DNA of 64,000 nucleotides from an uncultured Planctomycetota bacterium (GCA_963845755.1 CAWJTV010000005.1:672001-736000), one strand, 5' to 3'. Shown: positions 33,309 to 44,364, counted from the stretch's first letter. The notes: generated by a model from the letters alone, not told the origin. Program-made: numbers and translations.

Positions 33309-34104
33309 CTAGCACCCTCCGTCGCCCCCTCCGAAGCCTTGGCCCGGTCCGCCCCTCGTCTGACCGGTGACGAGGTTGAAGTACGGATAGGTCGCCGTGC
33401 TCGAGCTTCCCTCGGCGGCCAGTACGGCCGCCCAATCGGTATTGATCGTCGTAAAGTCCGCCGATGTGATGTTCGATGAGGTCACGGCCGCCGCAAGCGC
33501 GTTGTACGCCGTGGTGAGGTCCGTGGTTTCCTGCGTCGTCGGGGAACTCGTGTAAAGGGCTTCGAACTGGCTCAGGAGCGTCGAATCGCCGGCCAGGGTC
33601 GTTCCGGATGCATAAGCCGTCACCAGGCTGTTCTCGAACGACTTGAGCGCCGACTCGCTGGTCGGCGTAAGGCCGTCACTGGAAAGCGTCTGGAAGGCCG
33701 CCATGATCGCGGTCAATTGGCCGACCGTTGTTCCCGAGCCGAGCTCGATGGCCTGGATGTCGTTTCGGAGCGTCTGAAGCTGCGCTGGAAAGCGTGGAGG
33801 TCGATGAGGAACTCGATGCGGTGGTCGTGGTGTCGGACGAGTCGCTCGTCGTGGTCGAAGTGCTCGACGTGCTGTCCGTCGTGCTCGTTGATTCGCTCGC
33901 GGTACTCGTCGCGTGGTGTGCGTGATGAGCCGCGGCGTGCAGGTGCGCGAGCGCGTGATGGGCGAGGCCACCGTGAGCAGGAGTCACGCGCCCCTCGAGG
34001 CTCTCGCAGGAAAGGACCGTTTTCCTGGGGCGTCTCGTCCCGCTCGCACGCGTCTTGCCATGGCCGAAGATCAGTTCTCGTAGGAGATTCCTTCGTGGTT
34101 GCAT
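33309..34104 (-). CDS. secreted His-rich, Ser/Thr-rich planctomycete protein (frameshift near 33790)
   Basis: MQPRRNLLRELIF...LSCESLEGRVTPA (LExR-type signal), His cluster and Ser/Thr linker; continues in ORF 33309..33971 as QLQTLRNDIQAIELGSG...; GAGGAG RBS. Confidence 0.7.
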
Positions 34105-34511
34105 CGTGATGCTCCTCAAAAACGGTATCGTTTGTCAACGCAAGTGAGAGGCGTCCCGTGCTGAGGCGAGGTCCCTGAAGTCGTTGCGGCGCGCACGACT
34201 GTCGGATCCCTCGACGGTCTTCGCGACTCGATGAGGACATACCGACATTCACCGATCACGTTGAGCGCTTATCAGCCCGATGTCACGGCGCGGCACGTTC
34301 CCGCGTCTCCGACGGGCATGAGGCTCGCACCGCATGGACTCACGCGATCAGGGAGAAGAGCCGTCTTCCTGAGTCTCGATCCGAGAAACGCTTCTTTCCA
34401 TCGACAACTCAGGAAGGCCGGCCTTAGATTCAAACGTAGTTTTGCCAGTTGAGCGCGCGCACGGCGTTTGGAAAGTCCGTACGCGACGTGCCCCACGTAT
34501 CAGACAGGCTC

Positions 34512-36830
34512 CTATCGCTGGCCGTCGGCTTCGGAGACACCGCGAGAGATCGCCGTGTCCGAGCCTTCGAGACGGAGGCACCAGCGTACGGCATTGCGGA
34601 GGAGCCGCTGGTACATGGGATGGAGCAAAGCCTCGCGGGTGTGTCCGTTGGCGAGGTGGCAGAGCCGGCCGCGGCCGGGCTCGCGGACCCAGCCGGCGGC
34701 GGCCGTCTTCCCGTCGTCGGAGCGATTGCGCAACAGCAAGTGGACGCGTCCTTCCTCGTAAGCCGGCGCGTGCTGTTCATCGGCAACGAAGAAAGCTCGG
34801 ACGCCCCGCGTGACCGCATGATCCGGATCGGTGATTTCGACTCGGAACCGTTCCAGCGGGCCGTGACCCGTATAACGGCCGCCGACCAGATTGAGATAAG
34901 GACCGTTGGGTGGATACAGCCCCATGGAGTTGTGCAGGTTGAGGAACGCGCCTCCGTTCTCAACGTATGACGACACCGCGCGCTCCTGCTCGGGCGTCAT
35001 CCAGATGTGATTCCGATGAGGATCGCGTTCCGGGCGCTGGAGGCCGTCGCGGAGGATCACCAGGAGCGGGACTCTCTCCAGGTTCTTCGCCGTCAGCGCA
35101 TTCACGTCGACCGTGAAGTGGGGCACGACCCCCGTGGCCTCGAATACGGGTCGTAGTCCCTCCTCGATGTGGGCGGGCTCGTGGGGCTGGTCGCCGATCA
35201 GGACCAGGGCATGGGGCGGTCGATCGCTCGCGCTCGGGGCGCGGCCATGAAATGGGGCGTTCGGGACGGTTAGCTCCCGGTAGACCGACTCGATGTCTTC
35301 GGCGGTCGGCGTGTCGTAGGGCATCCAGACCAGGTCGGCGGCGGGAATGTGAACCTGGTCGAAAAGGCCGGCAAGCGGCCGGCCCTGAGCGATGTGGAAG
35401 CCGACTTGCTGACGGATCTCCGCCAGGAACCGGTGGTTTCGGGTGAGGATCTCGGGGCCTCCCCACGAGCCGAGCGCGGGGACGACGCGATCCGGCCCGA
35501 GATCCTCCAGACGCCTCAGGGCCGCGATCCACGATTCCGTGTCCCGGCCCTTCAGTGCGGCCCGCGGACCATTGATGACGAGCGGGCCGGCGAACAGGAC
35601 CGACTTCCCAGGAAGATGGACGGCTCCGCCCGATCCGCCCGCCACCTCATCCATGGGGAGGAATTCGACCGGCACCGCGGCGTCACCGATCTCGCTGCGC
35701 GCCGGGACCACATGCACGACCGTCGGCTCGAGGGATGGGTCCGCGGCGATCAGCCGGTCGCGCGTCCCTTGCGACGCGATGATGCGGGTGATCCCTCGTT
35801 CGAGCATGGCGCGGAGGATTGCAGGATCCCCGTCCTGAAAGTGGGTCAACACCAGGGTCCGGATCGGCTTGCCGGTCGAGGTCCTGACACGGTCCAGGTA
35901 CTCCGGCACGGGCAGACCGCGGGGGAGGTCGATCATCAGGGTCGACTGGCCCATCGAGACCCAACCACAGTTGGCGTCTCGGTAACGATCAGAGAACCCG
36001 ACTGCAATCACTCCCGGTCCAAGTCGCTCTTGATGCGGTAGCATCGTGGAAGGGTTCGTCTTCGCAGGTACCTCGGGATCAGACGGTGCTTTCGCGAACG
36101 ACGCCGGGACCAGCAGTCGTGTCGTGACCTCGCCGGCGAACTCGGCGACTTTCTCGCTATAGGTCCGCCCGTCCGCGGTCGCGGAGAATTTGGTGATGAG
36201 CCGTTCGCGCTCGGCCAGGCTCTCGAACCGGAAGAGATAGGTGACCTCCGACCACCGCCCCACGTCGACGACCCAGGGGCCGGCGGGACGAAAACCGTGG
36301 GCCTTGAGCAGCGCGAGGCCTCGCCCCGTCATGAACGCAAGGTATTCGGCGCGGCGTGCCAGGGGCACCCGGTGAACTTCATGGATAACGAACGAGGCCG
36401 GCTCGGGCAAGCTAGGAGGCTGCGCGTGCGGCGCAAGACGCAGGAATCGGCTCTCCTCACCGGCCAGGAGTGGGTCGCGCGTCGCGACGAACCTGGCGAA
36501 CGCGGGTTCCTTCGAGAGGAATTGGATCGCCCGCTCGAAGGCCGCCATATCGTCGTATTCCCAGATTGTCACTTGTTCGTAAAGGTCGCCGATCAGCGTC
36601 GTCCACCAGCCGACCATCCGGCCCCCCGCTTTCCGGAACAGCGGCAGACCCGATTGCTCGATCAGCCGATTGTAGGCCGGTCCCTGGTCGGGACGGATCC
36701 GGATCCGCCACTCACCATAAACTCGGGATCCATCGCGACCCGGCGGCGCATCGCGATCGTCGCCATACGAGATCGCCGTGGCAGCGATCACTATTAGGAA
36801 AGCCCACGAGGCTCGGTGGAGTTGGGACAT
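34512..36830 (-). CDS. exported multidomain protein: two NIPSNAP domains, degenerate metallo-beta-lactamase fold and ThuA-like domain
   Basis: Signal peptide; VGWWTTLIGDLYEQVTIWEYDDMAAFE and GPWVVDVGRWSEVTYLFRFESLAERE (NIPSNAP); ANCGWV..TLMID..LVLTHFQDGD..VVPALG (MBL-like); GGAFLNLHNS, HAVTRGV, DEQH, GRGRLCHLANGH, LLRNAVRW (ThuA). Confidence 0.75.
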   Translation of the reverse strand: MSQLHRASWAFLIVIAATAISYGDDRDAPPGRDGSRVYGEWRIRIRPDQGPAYNRLIEQSGLPLFRKAGGRMVGWWTTLIGDLYEQVTIWEYDDMAAFERAIQFLSKEPAFARFVATRDPLLAGEESRFLRLAPHAQPPSLPEPASFVIHEVHRVPLARRAEYLAFMTGRGLALLKAHGFRPAGPWVVDVGRWSEVTYLFRFESLAERERLITKFSATADGRTYSEKVAEFAGEVTTRLLVPASFAKAPSDPEVPAKTNPSTMLPHQERLGPGVIAVGFSDRYRDANCGWVSMGQSTLMIDLPRGLPVPEYLDRVRTSTGKPIRTLVLTHFQDGDPAILRAMLERGITRIIASQGTRDRLIAADPSLEPTVVHVVPARSEIGDAAVPVEFLPMDEVAGGSGGAVHLPGKSVLFAGPLVINGPRAALKGRDTESWIAALRRLEDLGPDRVVPALGSWGGPEILTRNHRFLAEIRQQVGFHIAQGRPLAGLFDQVHIPAADLVWMPYDTPTAEDIESVYRELTVPNAPFHGRAPSASDRPPHALVLIGDQPHEPAHIEEGLRPVFEATGVVPHFTVDVNALTAKNLERVPLLVILRDGLQRPERDPHRNHIWMTPEQERAVSSYVENGGAFLNLHNSMGLYPPNGPYLNLVGGRYTGHGPLERFRVEITDPDHAVTRGVRAFFVADEQHAPAYEEGRVHLLLRNRSDDGKTAAAGWVREPGRGRLCHLANGHTREALLHPMYQRLLRNAVRWCLRLEGSDTAISRGVSEADGQR

Positions 36831-37065
36831 GGTCGGACACCCCGGATGGTAGGCGAAAGAACGAGATCGAAGGGATTCCATCGATACCCTTGGTCGCCGC
36901 CATCATACGGCCCGCGAAAAGGCCCCGCAAAGGGTCGATCCAGCCGGCCGAGCGAGACGTCGCACCGGATTGCAGTCGGAATGGAGGGCGATGGTACAAT
37001 CGAGCCGCGTAACGAGAAAGGCCCGGACGTAATGGCCGTTTCATCGATTTACAAGGTACATCTAG

Positions 37066-38340
37066 ATGATCGATCTTGCCTGGTTCTCGCTCGCGGCCCT
37101 GGTCGTGGTGATCGTTCTGAGCTGTACGACGACCGTGAATCCGGGGTTTCTCTCGCTGGCGTTGGCCTGGGTGATCGGAATCTACCTGGCTCCACGCTGG
37201 GGGCAGGTATTCACGACGAGCCAGCTTCTGAGTGGCTTCCCCACCGACTTGTTCCTGACGCTGGTCGGTGTGACCCTCCTCTTCTCCCTGGCCCGGGGCA
37301 ATGGCACGCTCGATCGAGTCGTGCGCGCGGCCGTACGATGCTGCCGGGGGAACGCCGGCTTGATCCCGTTCCTCTTCTTCGGGTTATCGTGTGGCATCGC
37401 ATCGATCGGGGCGGGGAACGTCGCGGCGGCCGCGATGATCGCACCCCTGGCCATGGCGGTTGCGGATCGAGCGCGGATCCCTCCGCTCCTGATGACGATC
37501 ATGGTCGCGCACGGCTGCATCGCCGGTGCGCTCTCGCCGATCGCTCCGACGGGGATCATCGCCAGCGGACTGATGGACCGCATGGGACTGTCGGGATTCG
37601 AGCGCCAGACCTACCTCTCGAACCTTCTGGCCAACGCCGCGGTCGCCGCCTTGGGTTACCTGGCGTTCGGCGGCTTGCGGCTGTTCGGCCAGACCTATCG
37701 TGAGCGGCCGAGCGAGATCAACTCTCCCGAGACCTCCGAAACGATGACGCCTCGTCACTGGCTCACGTTGGCGACGATCGCAATCCTGGTCGTCGGAGTC
37801 ATTCTCTTCCAAGTGCACGTCGGGATGGGGGCGTTCGTCGCGGCGGTGCTGCTCACGTTGCTGAAAGTCGCCGATGAACGCACGGTGGTGCCCTCGTTAC
37901 CGTGGAGCGTCATCATGATGGTCTGCGGCGTGACCGTCCTGACCTCACTCCTCGAGAAGACCGGCGGGATCGACCTGTTCACGACCATCCTGGCGCGGTT
38001 CGCGACTCATCGAACGATCACCGGCTTGATCGCCTTTGTCACCGGGTTGGTCTCGGTCTATAGCAGCACTTCGGGCGTGGTGCTGCCGGCAATCCTGCCG
38101 AGCGTTCCGGGCCTGGTTTCCAAGCTGGGTGGCGGCGATCCGCTGGCGATCGCGTCATCGATCTTGATCGGCGGCCATCTGGTCGATGTCTCACCCCTGT
38201 CGACGATCGGTGCCCTCTGCATCGCCTCGGTACCGATCACGGCCGACCGCAGGCTCCTGTTCAACCAGGTACTCGCCTGGGGATTGTCGATGTCGATCGT
38301 TGGTGCGGTGGGCTGCTATGTGGTTTATGGATCATGGTAG
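37066..38340 (+). CDS. SLC13/MatC-like dicarboxylate transporter (IT superfamily)
   Basis: About 12 TM helices; LSGFPTDLFLTLVGVTLLFSLARGNGTL, ALSPIAPTG, DVSPLSTIGAL. Confidence 0.82.
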   Translation: MIDLAWFSLAALVVVIVLSCTTTVNPGFLSLALAWVIGIYLAPRWGQVFTTSQLLSGFPTDLFLTLVGVTLLFSLARGNGTLDRVVRAAVRCCRGNAGLIPFLFFGLSCGIASIGAGNVAAAAMIAPLAMAVADRARIPPLLMTIMVAHGCIAGALSPIAPTGIIASGLMDRMGLSGFERQTYLSNLLANAAVAALGYLAFGGLRLFGQTYRERPSEINSPETSETMTPRHWLTLATIAILVVGVILFQVHVGMGAFVAAVLLTLLKVADERTVVPSLPWSVIMMVCGVTVLTSLLEKTGGIDLFTTILARFATHRTITGLIAFVTGLVSVYSSTSGVVLPAILPSVPGLVSKLGGGDPLAIASSILIGGHLVDVSPLSTIGALCIASVPITADRRLLFNQVLAWGLSMSIVGAVGCYVVYGSW

Positions 38341-38388
38341 AGTGGTCGAAGCGGCTGATCCGAATCTCCCTCTATGTGAGCGATTGTC

Positions 38389-39578
38389 ATGCCAGTCGTG
38401 TCGTTGGCCGGTCGTGTTTCCCAGTTGCGGCCGACGGCCGTCAATCGGGTCTTGCAACAGGTTCGACAGCTCGAGGCCGAAGGACGGTCGCTCATCTCCC
38501 TGATGCGCGGACAACCCGATACGCCGACGCCCGCGCACATCGTCGAGGCGGCGATGCGATCGCTGCGCGACGGCCGCACGGGATATCCCGATAATCGAGG
38601 CGAACCGGCCCTGCGGCGGGCCGTCGCCGAGAAGCTCCGGCGCGATCAGGGACTCTCCTACGATCCCGACTGCGAAATCCTGATCACCGACGGAGCCACC
38701 TTGGGGCTCTACTCGGCACTCGGTGCGCTGGTGCAGCCGAACGATCCGGTCCTGATCCCCGATCCGATCTACGACGCCTATTCCTCACCAATCTCGATCT
38801 GGGGTGGCTGTCCAAGGCCCGTTCCCGCGACGATCCGCGACGGACGGTTCACGATCGATCGCGATGCGATCGAGAATGCCCGGGTCTCCAACCGAGGCAT
38901 CATCCTGCTCAACACACCGTGGAACCCCGTCGGCACGGTCCTCACATCGGAGGAGGTCGTGAACGTCCTCCAGTTTGCCGAAAAGCGGGATTATCCCGTC
39001 ATCAGCGACGAGATCTATGAGTCGTTGGTCTACGACGGTCGCCGGCACGTCTCGCCCGCCGCCGCATCGGCCGATGCACAGGCCCGGACCGTCGTGATCA
39101 ACAGTCTCTCGAAGACTTACTCGATGACGGGTTGGCGCGTGGGTTATCCGCCGGTCCCGAAGCGGTCATCAAGGCCATGTTCCTGGTCTTGCAGCAGTCG
39201 AGTCGTGGGCCGGCGACGTTCGTGCAGGATGCCGCGGCCTGCGCGCTCGTGTCCGATCAAGATTGTGTCCGCCGAATGGCGGAAGAATTCCAGGCTCGGC
39301 GCGATCGAGTGGTCGAACGGTTAAGCGAGGTCCCGGGTGTCGTACCAATCGTCCCGGAAGGCGGCCTGTTCGTGATGGTCAACATCCGCGGATTGGGAAA
39401 GTCCTCCGAGGAGGTTGCACGGTTCCTCCTGCACGATGTGGGGGTCGTCGTCGTACCGGGATCGGCATACGGCCCGGGTGGCGAAGGGACCTTGCGCGTC
39501 TCGTTCGCGGCGGGTGGCCAGACCCTCGAATGGGGGCTCGAACGGCTCCGCGAGGGTCTGAGGCGATTGGCGCCGTGA
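38389..39578 (+). CDS. PLP-dependent aminotransferase class I/II (frameshift near 39148)
   Basis: GQPDTPTP, ITDGAT, LNTPWNPVG, ISDEIY, SLSKTYSMTGWRVGY; C-terminus PEGGLFVM, VVPGSAYG, LRVSFA. Confidence 0.9.
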
Positions 39579-39608
39579 GCCGAGCGATGCGGTGCCGGGG
39601 CGCTCCAG

Positions 39609-40593
39609 TCAGGATTCGTCGGTTCGAAAGTCGCGATCGTACACGGCTTGCAGGGTCCGGTTGCTCTTCTTCGCCAGGACCTGCGCGAGACGTTCGCGGA
39701 GCCGCGGGTCGTAATTGTGGATCTTGAGTGCCGCCATGGCCGCGATCGCGTTCGTTTCTGGATCGGCCGCGACAATGTCGAGCAAGTAGTCGATCGCGGC
39801 AGGCAGCCGGAGCATGGCCATGGCCAGCAGGACCTGCCGTCCGGTCTCGGATGCGCCGCAACGTTGCCAGCACGCCCCTAGCGGGGCCATCGCGTCGGTC
39901 AGGCGCGACCTTCCCAGCGCGAGGGCCGCCGCTTCGCAACGAGAGGCATCGTGGGGTTCAAGGTGGCTGGAGACGAACGAGACGTTCTCCTTGGGATCGA
40001 CCACGAGCAGACCAGAGAAGCATTCGGAGAGGACGTCGGGATCACGGTCGCCAATGCGTGCCTTCAGGCGTAGGACCAGCCCTGCGGCCTCGTTGCCGAC
40101 ATATCCCAGCGCCTGGGCCGCCGCCATCCGAACGTCCCTCGCCGGGTCGACCATCGCGTCGACGAGCCGGGGCAAGGAACGCGAGCCCTCGATCCGCGCC
40201 AGGGCGATGATCGCCGCGGCGCGGAGCAGCGTGGCCGAGTCCTCCGACCCGCCCCAGACCGGCTCGAGCTGCACGTAGGTGGCCGCCCGATCGAAAACGT
40301 CCGGCCGCTGATGTTCCATCTTGTCGAGCGCCTGTACGACCGCGATCTTGGCGCGGCAGAGCTTGTCGTCTTTGAGGGGGTTGGCAAGGAAGTCGCTCGA
40401 AGGCCGATTCCAGGTCCGCCGCCATCTCGAGGAGCGTGTTTTCACCGGCGATCCCCGCGGCAGCGGCGACGACCAGGTTCGATCGATCACCTAGGGATTT
40501 TTTCAGCCGTGCCTTCTGTTCCGGAGAGAGCGTCTGACCGCGCAGCTCGCGAAGCGTCGCCAGTTTTTCTTCGAGACTTGGGTGGGCTGCCAT
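39609..40593 (-). CDS. HEAT/PBS-lyase repeat protein (frameshift near 40395)
   Basis: MAAHPSLEEKLATLREL...SNLVVAAAA joins DDKLCRAKIAVVQAL...EPVWGGSEDSATLLR...DVRMAAAQALG...AAALALGRSR. Confidence 0.8.
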
Positions 40594-40828
40594 GCTCCGC
40601 TCCGGTCGCGGGAAGGACGGTCTTTGGCGGCATCAACGTGAGTGGATTCTCCATCACTTCGATGTACCTGCGTAATGGCTTGCGTGCGAACAAAACTCGG
40701 TACACCTGGACGCCGCCAGGCCCCAGTGGCCCTCGTAGCTCAACGATCGATCCCTTCCACTCCGAATGGAGGATCTTGACGCGATCCCCGAGATTAAAGA
40801 GAAGCTTTTCCGGCTTCCAATCGGCCAT
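40487..40828 (-). CDS. small SH3/KOW-like hypothetical protein (3' end uncertain)
   Basis: FNLGDRVKI...GSIVELRGPLGPGGVQVYRV...YIEV; AGAGAGG RBS. The overlap with the next gene suggests an error near its true stop. Confidence 0.5.
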   Translation of the reverse strand: MADWKPEKLLFNLGDRVKILHSEWKGSIVELRGPLGPGGVQVYRVLFARKPLRRYIEVMENPLTLMPPKTVLPATGAEHGSPPKSRRKTGDASRAARSDALSGTEGTAEKIPR

Positions 40829-40936
40829 CAACCGGCCCTCTCTCGCTTCGGTGTCCAGGGAGCTCGCCTGAGGACATTCCGTAACTTATTGTACATGATC
40901 CAGTCAAGGATTTGACCAGACCGTTGCAGGAACTGG

Positions 40937-41057
40937 GAGTCTGTCCCAGAAGGAGCCGGTCCGGGCGAGCGGGGGGCGTCAGCCCCCCTGTCTTGGAGGT
41001 CCGTCGCTCACCGGACAGGGGGCTGACGTCCCCCGCTCGACCTGCTGGGACAGACTC
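40937..41057. repeat. nested inverted-repeat (REP/REPIN/MITE-like) element
   Basis: Outer GAGTCTGTCCCAGAAGG / CCTGCTGGGACAGACTC; inner CGAGCGGGGGGCGTCAGCCCCCCTGTC / GACAGGGGGCTGACGTCCCCCGCTCG. Confidence 0.75.
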
Positions 41058-41193
41058 TGAGCCGGTTTTTCCAGGCTTTGCTCGTTGACCTGGAGTCAAG
41101 TGGCGCCAAAAGCGGTAGAATCCCGGTCGAAGCCTCACCCGTCCACAAAGTTTGAACACGAGACCGGGTTTCTGTTGGAGTCTCGATGCTGCC

Positions 41194-44100
41194 ATGAGCG
41201 AGACCGAATTGCCGGTGATCGATTTGCCACGGCCCGCGAAGGTCAACCTGAGAGCGCTCCATCAAGCGCTGGCCCAGTCCATGAGCGCACACGACGTACG
41301 ATGCGATCGCCTCACCCGGGCGCTCTACGCGACGGATGCCAGCGTCTACCAGATCGTACCGCTGTTGGTCGCCTTCCCGGCCGATACGGCCGATGTCGTG
41401 GCGGCGGTCAAGGTTTGTGCGCAATACGGTGTGCCGATCACGGCACGAGGCGGCGGGACGTCGCAAGCCGGCCAGTCGATCGGGCCGGGAGTGATCCTGG
41501 ATTGCTCGAAGCACTTCGACCGCGTGCTGGAGATCAACGCCGCCGAGCGCTGGGTTCGCGTCGAGCCGGGCTGTGTCCTCGATGAGTTGAATCGGGTGCT
41601 CAAGCCGCACGGGCTTCTCTTCGCCCCGGACATCTCCACCTCGAATCGCGCGACGATCGGCGGGATGATCGCCAATAATTCCTCGGGGGCCCGGTCCGTT
41701 GTTTATGGGAAAACGATCGATCATGTGCTCGCGTTGAAGGTCGTACTATCCGACGGCAGCGTCATCGAACTCGGACCGCTGTCGGATCGGGAGGTCGAGG
41801 AGCGTTGCGCCCGCGAGACTCTCGAAGGGGCCTGTTATCGTGTTACCCGAAGCTTGGCTGGAGAGCATGCCGAGGAGATCGAACGCCGGTTTCCGAAGAT
41901 CCTCCGGCGCGTGGGAGGCTATAATCTCGACGCATTCGTCGCACGAGAGGTCGAAAGCGCCCACACCGACGAACGACCATCCCCGTTCAATCTGGCCCGG
42001 TTGTTCATCGGCTCGGAAGGGACGCTCGGCCTGACGGTCGAGGCCAAGCTCCGATTGGTGGAGCTGCCTCAAGCCCGGGGCACTCTGGTGGTCGAGTTCA
42101 CCGGTTTGCTCGAGGCCCTGGCCGCGACGCCGCTCATTCTGCGGCATCATCCCGCGGCGGTCGAAGTCGTGGATAAGTACGTCCTCGATAGCACCCGTTT
42201 GAATCCTGAAGCGAACCGGCTCCGCGACTTCCTCGAAGGTGATCCGGCTGCAATCCTCCTGATCGAACTCTATGGATCCAGTACCGACGAAATAGTTCCC
42301 CGACTCGCCACTCTCGAAGACGACCTCCGGAAGCGCAAACAGGGCTATCACCACCTGGCTGTCACGAGTCCCGCGGCTCAGGCGCGCGTCTGGAAGCTCC
42401 GCACGATGGCGCTCGGGCTCTCGATGGCCGAGAAAGGAGATGCCAAGGCCATCTCGTTCGTCGAGGATACGGCCGTTGCCCCCGAACACCTCTGCAACTA
42501 CATCGGCGAATTCCTTGAGATCATCGCGCGACACGACACCTGTGCTGGCGTGTATGCGCACGCCTCGGTAGGGTGCCTGCACGTCCGGCCCGTGATCAAC
42601 CTCAAGACCGGAGAAGGAGTTCGGAGGTTCGAATCGATCGCGGAAGAGGTTTCCGATCTCGTGCTCAAGTACGGCGGCGCACTTTCGGGCGAGCACGGCG
42701 ACGGTCTGGTCCGAAGCCCCTTCCAGGAGAAGATGTACGGGAGCATCCTGTACAACGCGTTTCGCGAGCTGAAACGCACTTTCGACCCGCACAACTTTCT
42801 GAACCCCGGCAAGATCGTCGAACGCGCCGCCACTTTCGACGAACCTGCGTTACGGGCCGAGCTATGTCACGCCCGAGGTGCCGACCACGTTCGACTTCAC
42901 GACTGATGGTGGCCTGGTCCAGGCCGCCGAGCTGTGCGCGGGCGTCGGCGCGTGCCGTAAGAAGCTCGAAGGGACGATGTGCCCATCGTTCCAGGCAACC
43001 CGCGAAGAGAAAGACTGCACTCGCGGCCGCGCCAACTTGCTGCGCATGGCGATCACCGGGCAACTCGGGTTCCAGGGCTTGACGGATCCGGCCGTCCACG
43101 AAGTCCTCGACCTCTGCCTCGAATGCAAAGCCTGCAAGGGCGAGTGTCCGACGAACGTCGACATGGCCCGACTCAAGGCCGAATTCCTCCACCAATACTA
43201 TCGGAAGCATGGCCTCCCCTGGCGCAATCGGGTATTCGGCCATGTGGCCGAGCTGGGGCGAATTGGAAGTGCCCTGGCGCCCTTGTTGACCAGGCTGGTA
43301 CAAAGCCGTCTCTCACGATGGTTCAACGAGAAACTGCTTCGGATCGACGGCCGACGCGTGCCCCCGGCATTTGCACGCCAAACGCTCGTTCAACGGTATC
43401 GAGAACCCCCGATCGCAAAGGACGATCCGGGATATTCCGTATTGCTGTTCCCCGACACATTCACCAATTATTTCGAGCCCGCGATCGGCGAGGCGGCAAT
43501 CGAGCTCCTCCGGCGTACCGGGTGCTCCGTCACGCTCGGCCCGCCGGGATTGCGATGTTGCGGACGTCCGCTGATCTCCAACGGGTTGCTCGATCAGGCC
43601 GTCGCCAACGCCCGGCACAATGTCGAGCGGCTCTACCCATGGTCGCGCCAGGGCGGACGGATCATCGCCTGTGAGCCGAGCTGCATCTTGACCATCAAGG
43701 ACGACTACCCCGCGCTGCTCCGGGGCGACCTGCGCTCCCGTGCCGAGGCGGTTGCCGAAGCCTGTGCGACCCTCGAGGAAGTGATCCAGTCAAGATTGGC
43801 CGCGACGGTCGGTCGCGGGTCTCACGAGCCCGCCTCTCGGCCACACCAGGGACTCCGCGTAGACGGCTCCCGGCTTGCTGGGAAGGCTGGGATACGGCGC
43901 ATTCTGGTGCACTCGCACTGCCACCAGCGGTCCTTGGTCGGCGCCCTACCGACGCTGGAGTTGCTCCGTGCAATTCCGGATGCGGAGGTGATCGACCTCG
44001 ACGCCGGTTGCTGCGGGATGGCTGGTTCGTTCGGCTATGAGTTCGAGCATTACGAGATCTCGCATCGGGTCGGCGAACAGCGGTTGTTGCCCGCCGTGCG

Positions 44101-44221
44101 CCAGGCCGATCCGGAGACCGTTATTGTCGCTCCGGGGTTCTCGTGCCGGCTCCAGATACGGCACTTCACAGGCCGAACGGCCGTCCATCCCGCCGAAGTG
44201 CTATACTCCCGACTCGTCTGA
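41194..44221 (+). CDS. FAD-binding and (Fe-S)-binding oxidoreductase, GlcD/GlcF fusion, D-2-hydroxyacid dehydrogenase-like (frameshift near 42825)
   Basis: YATDASVYQ, ARGGGTSQAGQ, TIGGMIANN, GSEGTL, HASVGCLHVRP, SGEHGDG, NPGKI; CAGVGACRK..MCPS, CLECKACKGECP, CCGRP, HCH, GCCGMAGSFG, GFSCRLQI. Confidence 0.9.
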
Positions 44222-44312
44222 GATACCATATAAAAATTATGTGACTATATATTGAATTATATGGTTATAACTTACCGTTTACATTACGATCGACAATTGC
44301 CCGAGGTTATCA

Positions 44313-44364
44313 CTCGTTCCCACGCTCCCGCGTGGGAATGCCGTCCTCGACGCTCCGCGTCGTC
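44313..44364. repeat. REP-like extragenic palindrome
   Basis: CTCGTTCCCACGCTCCCGCGTGGGAATGCCGTCCTCGACGCTCCGCGTCG contains two hairpins (TTCCCACGC/GCGTGGGAA and CGACGC/GCGTCG) and resembles the widespread TCGTTCCCACGCTC(C)GCGTGGGAATG REP type. Confidence 0.65.

Noticed and set aside
34420..34450. Minus-strand GCAAAACTAC...TCTAAGG resembling a c-di-GMP-I riboswitch
   Set aside because: No GGCAAACC...GAAA P2 stem upstream and the spacing is wrong.
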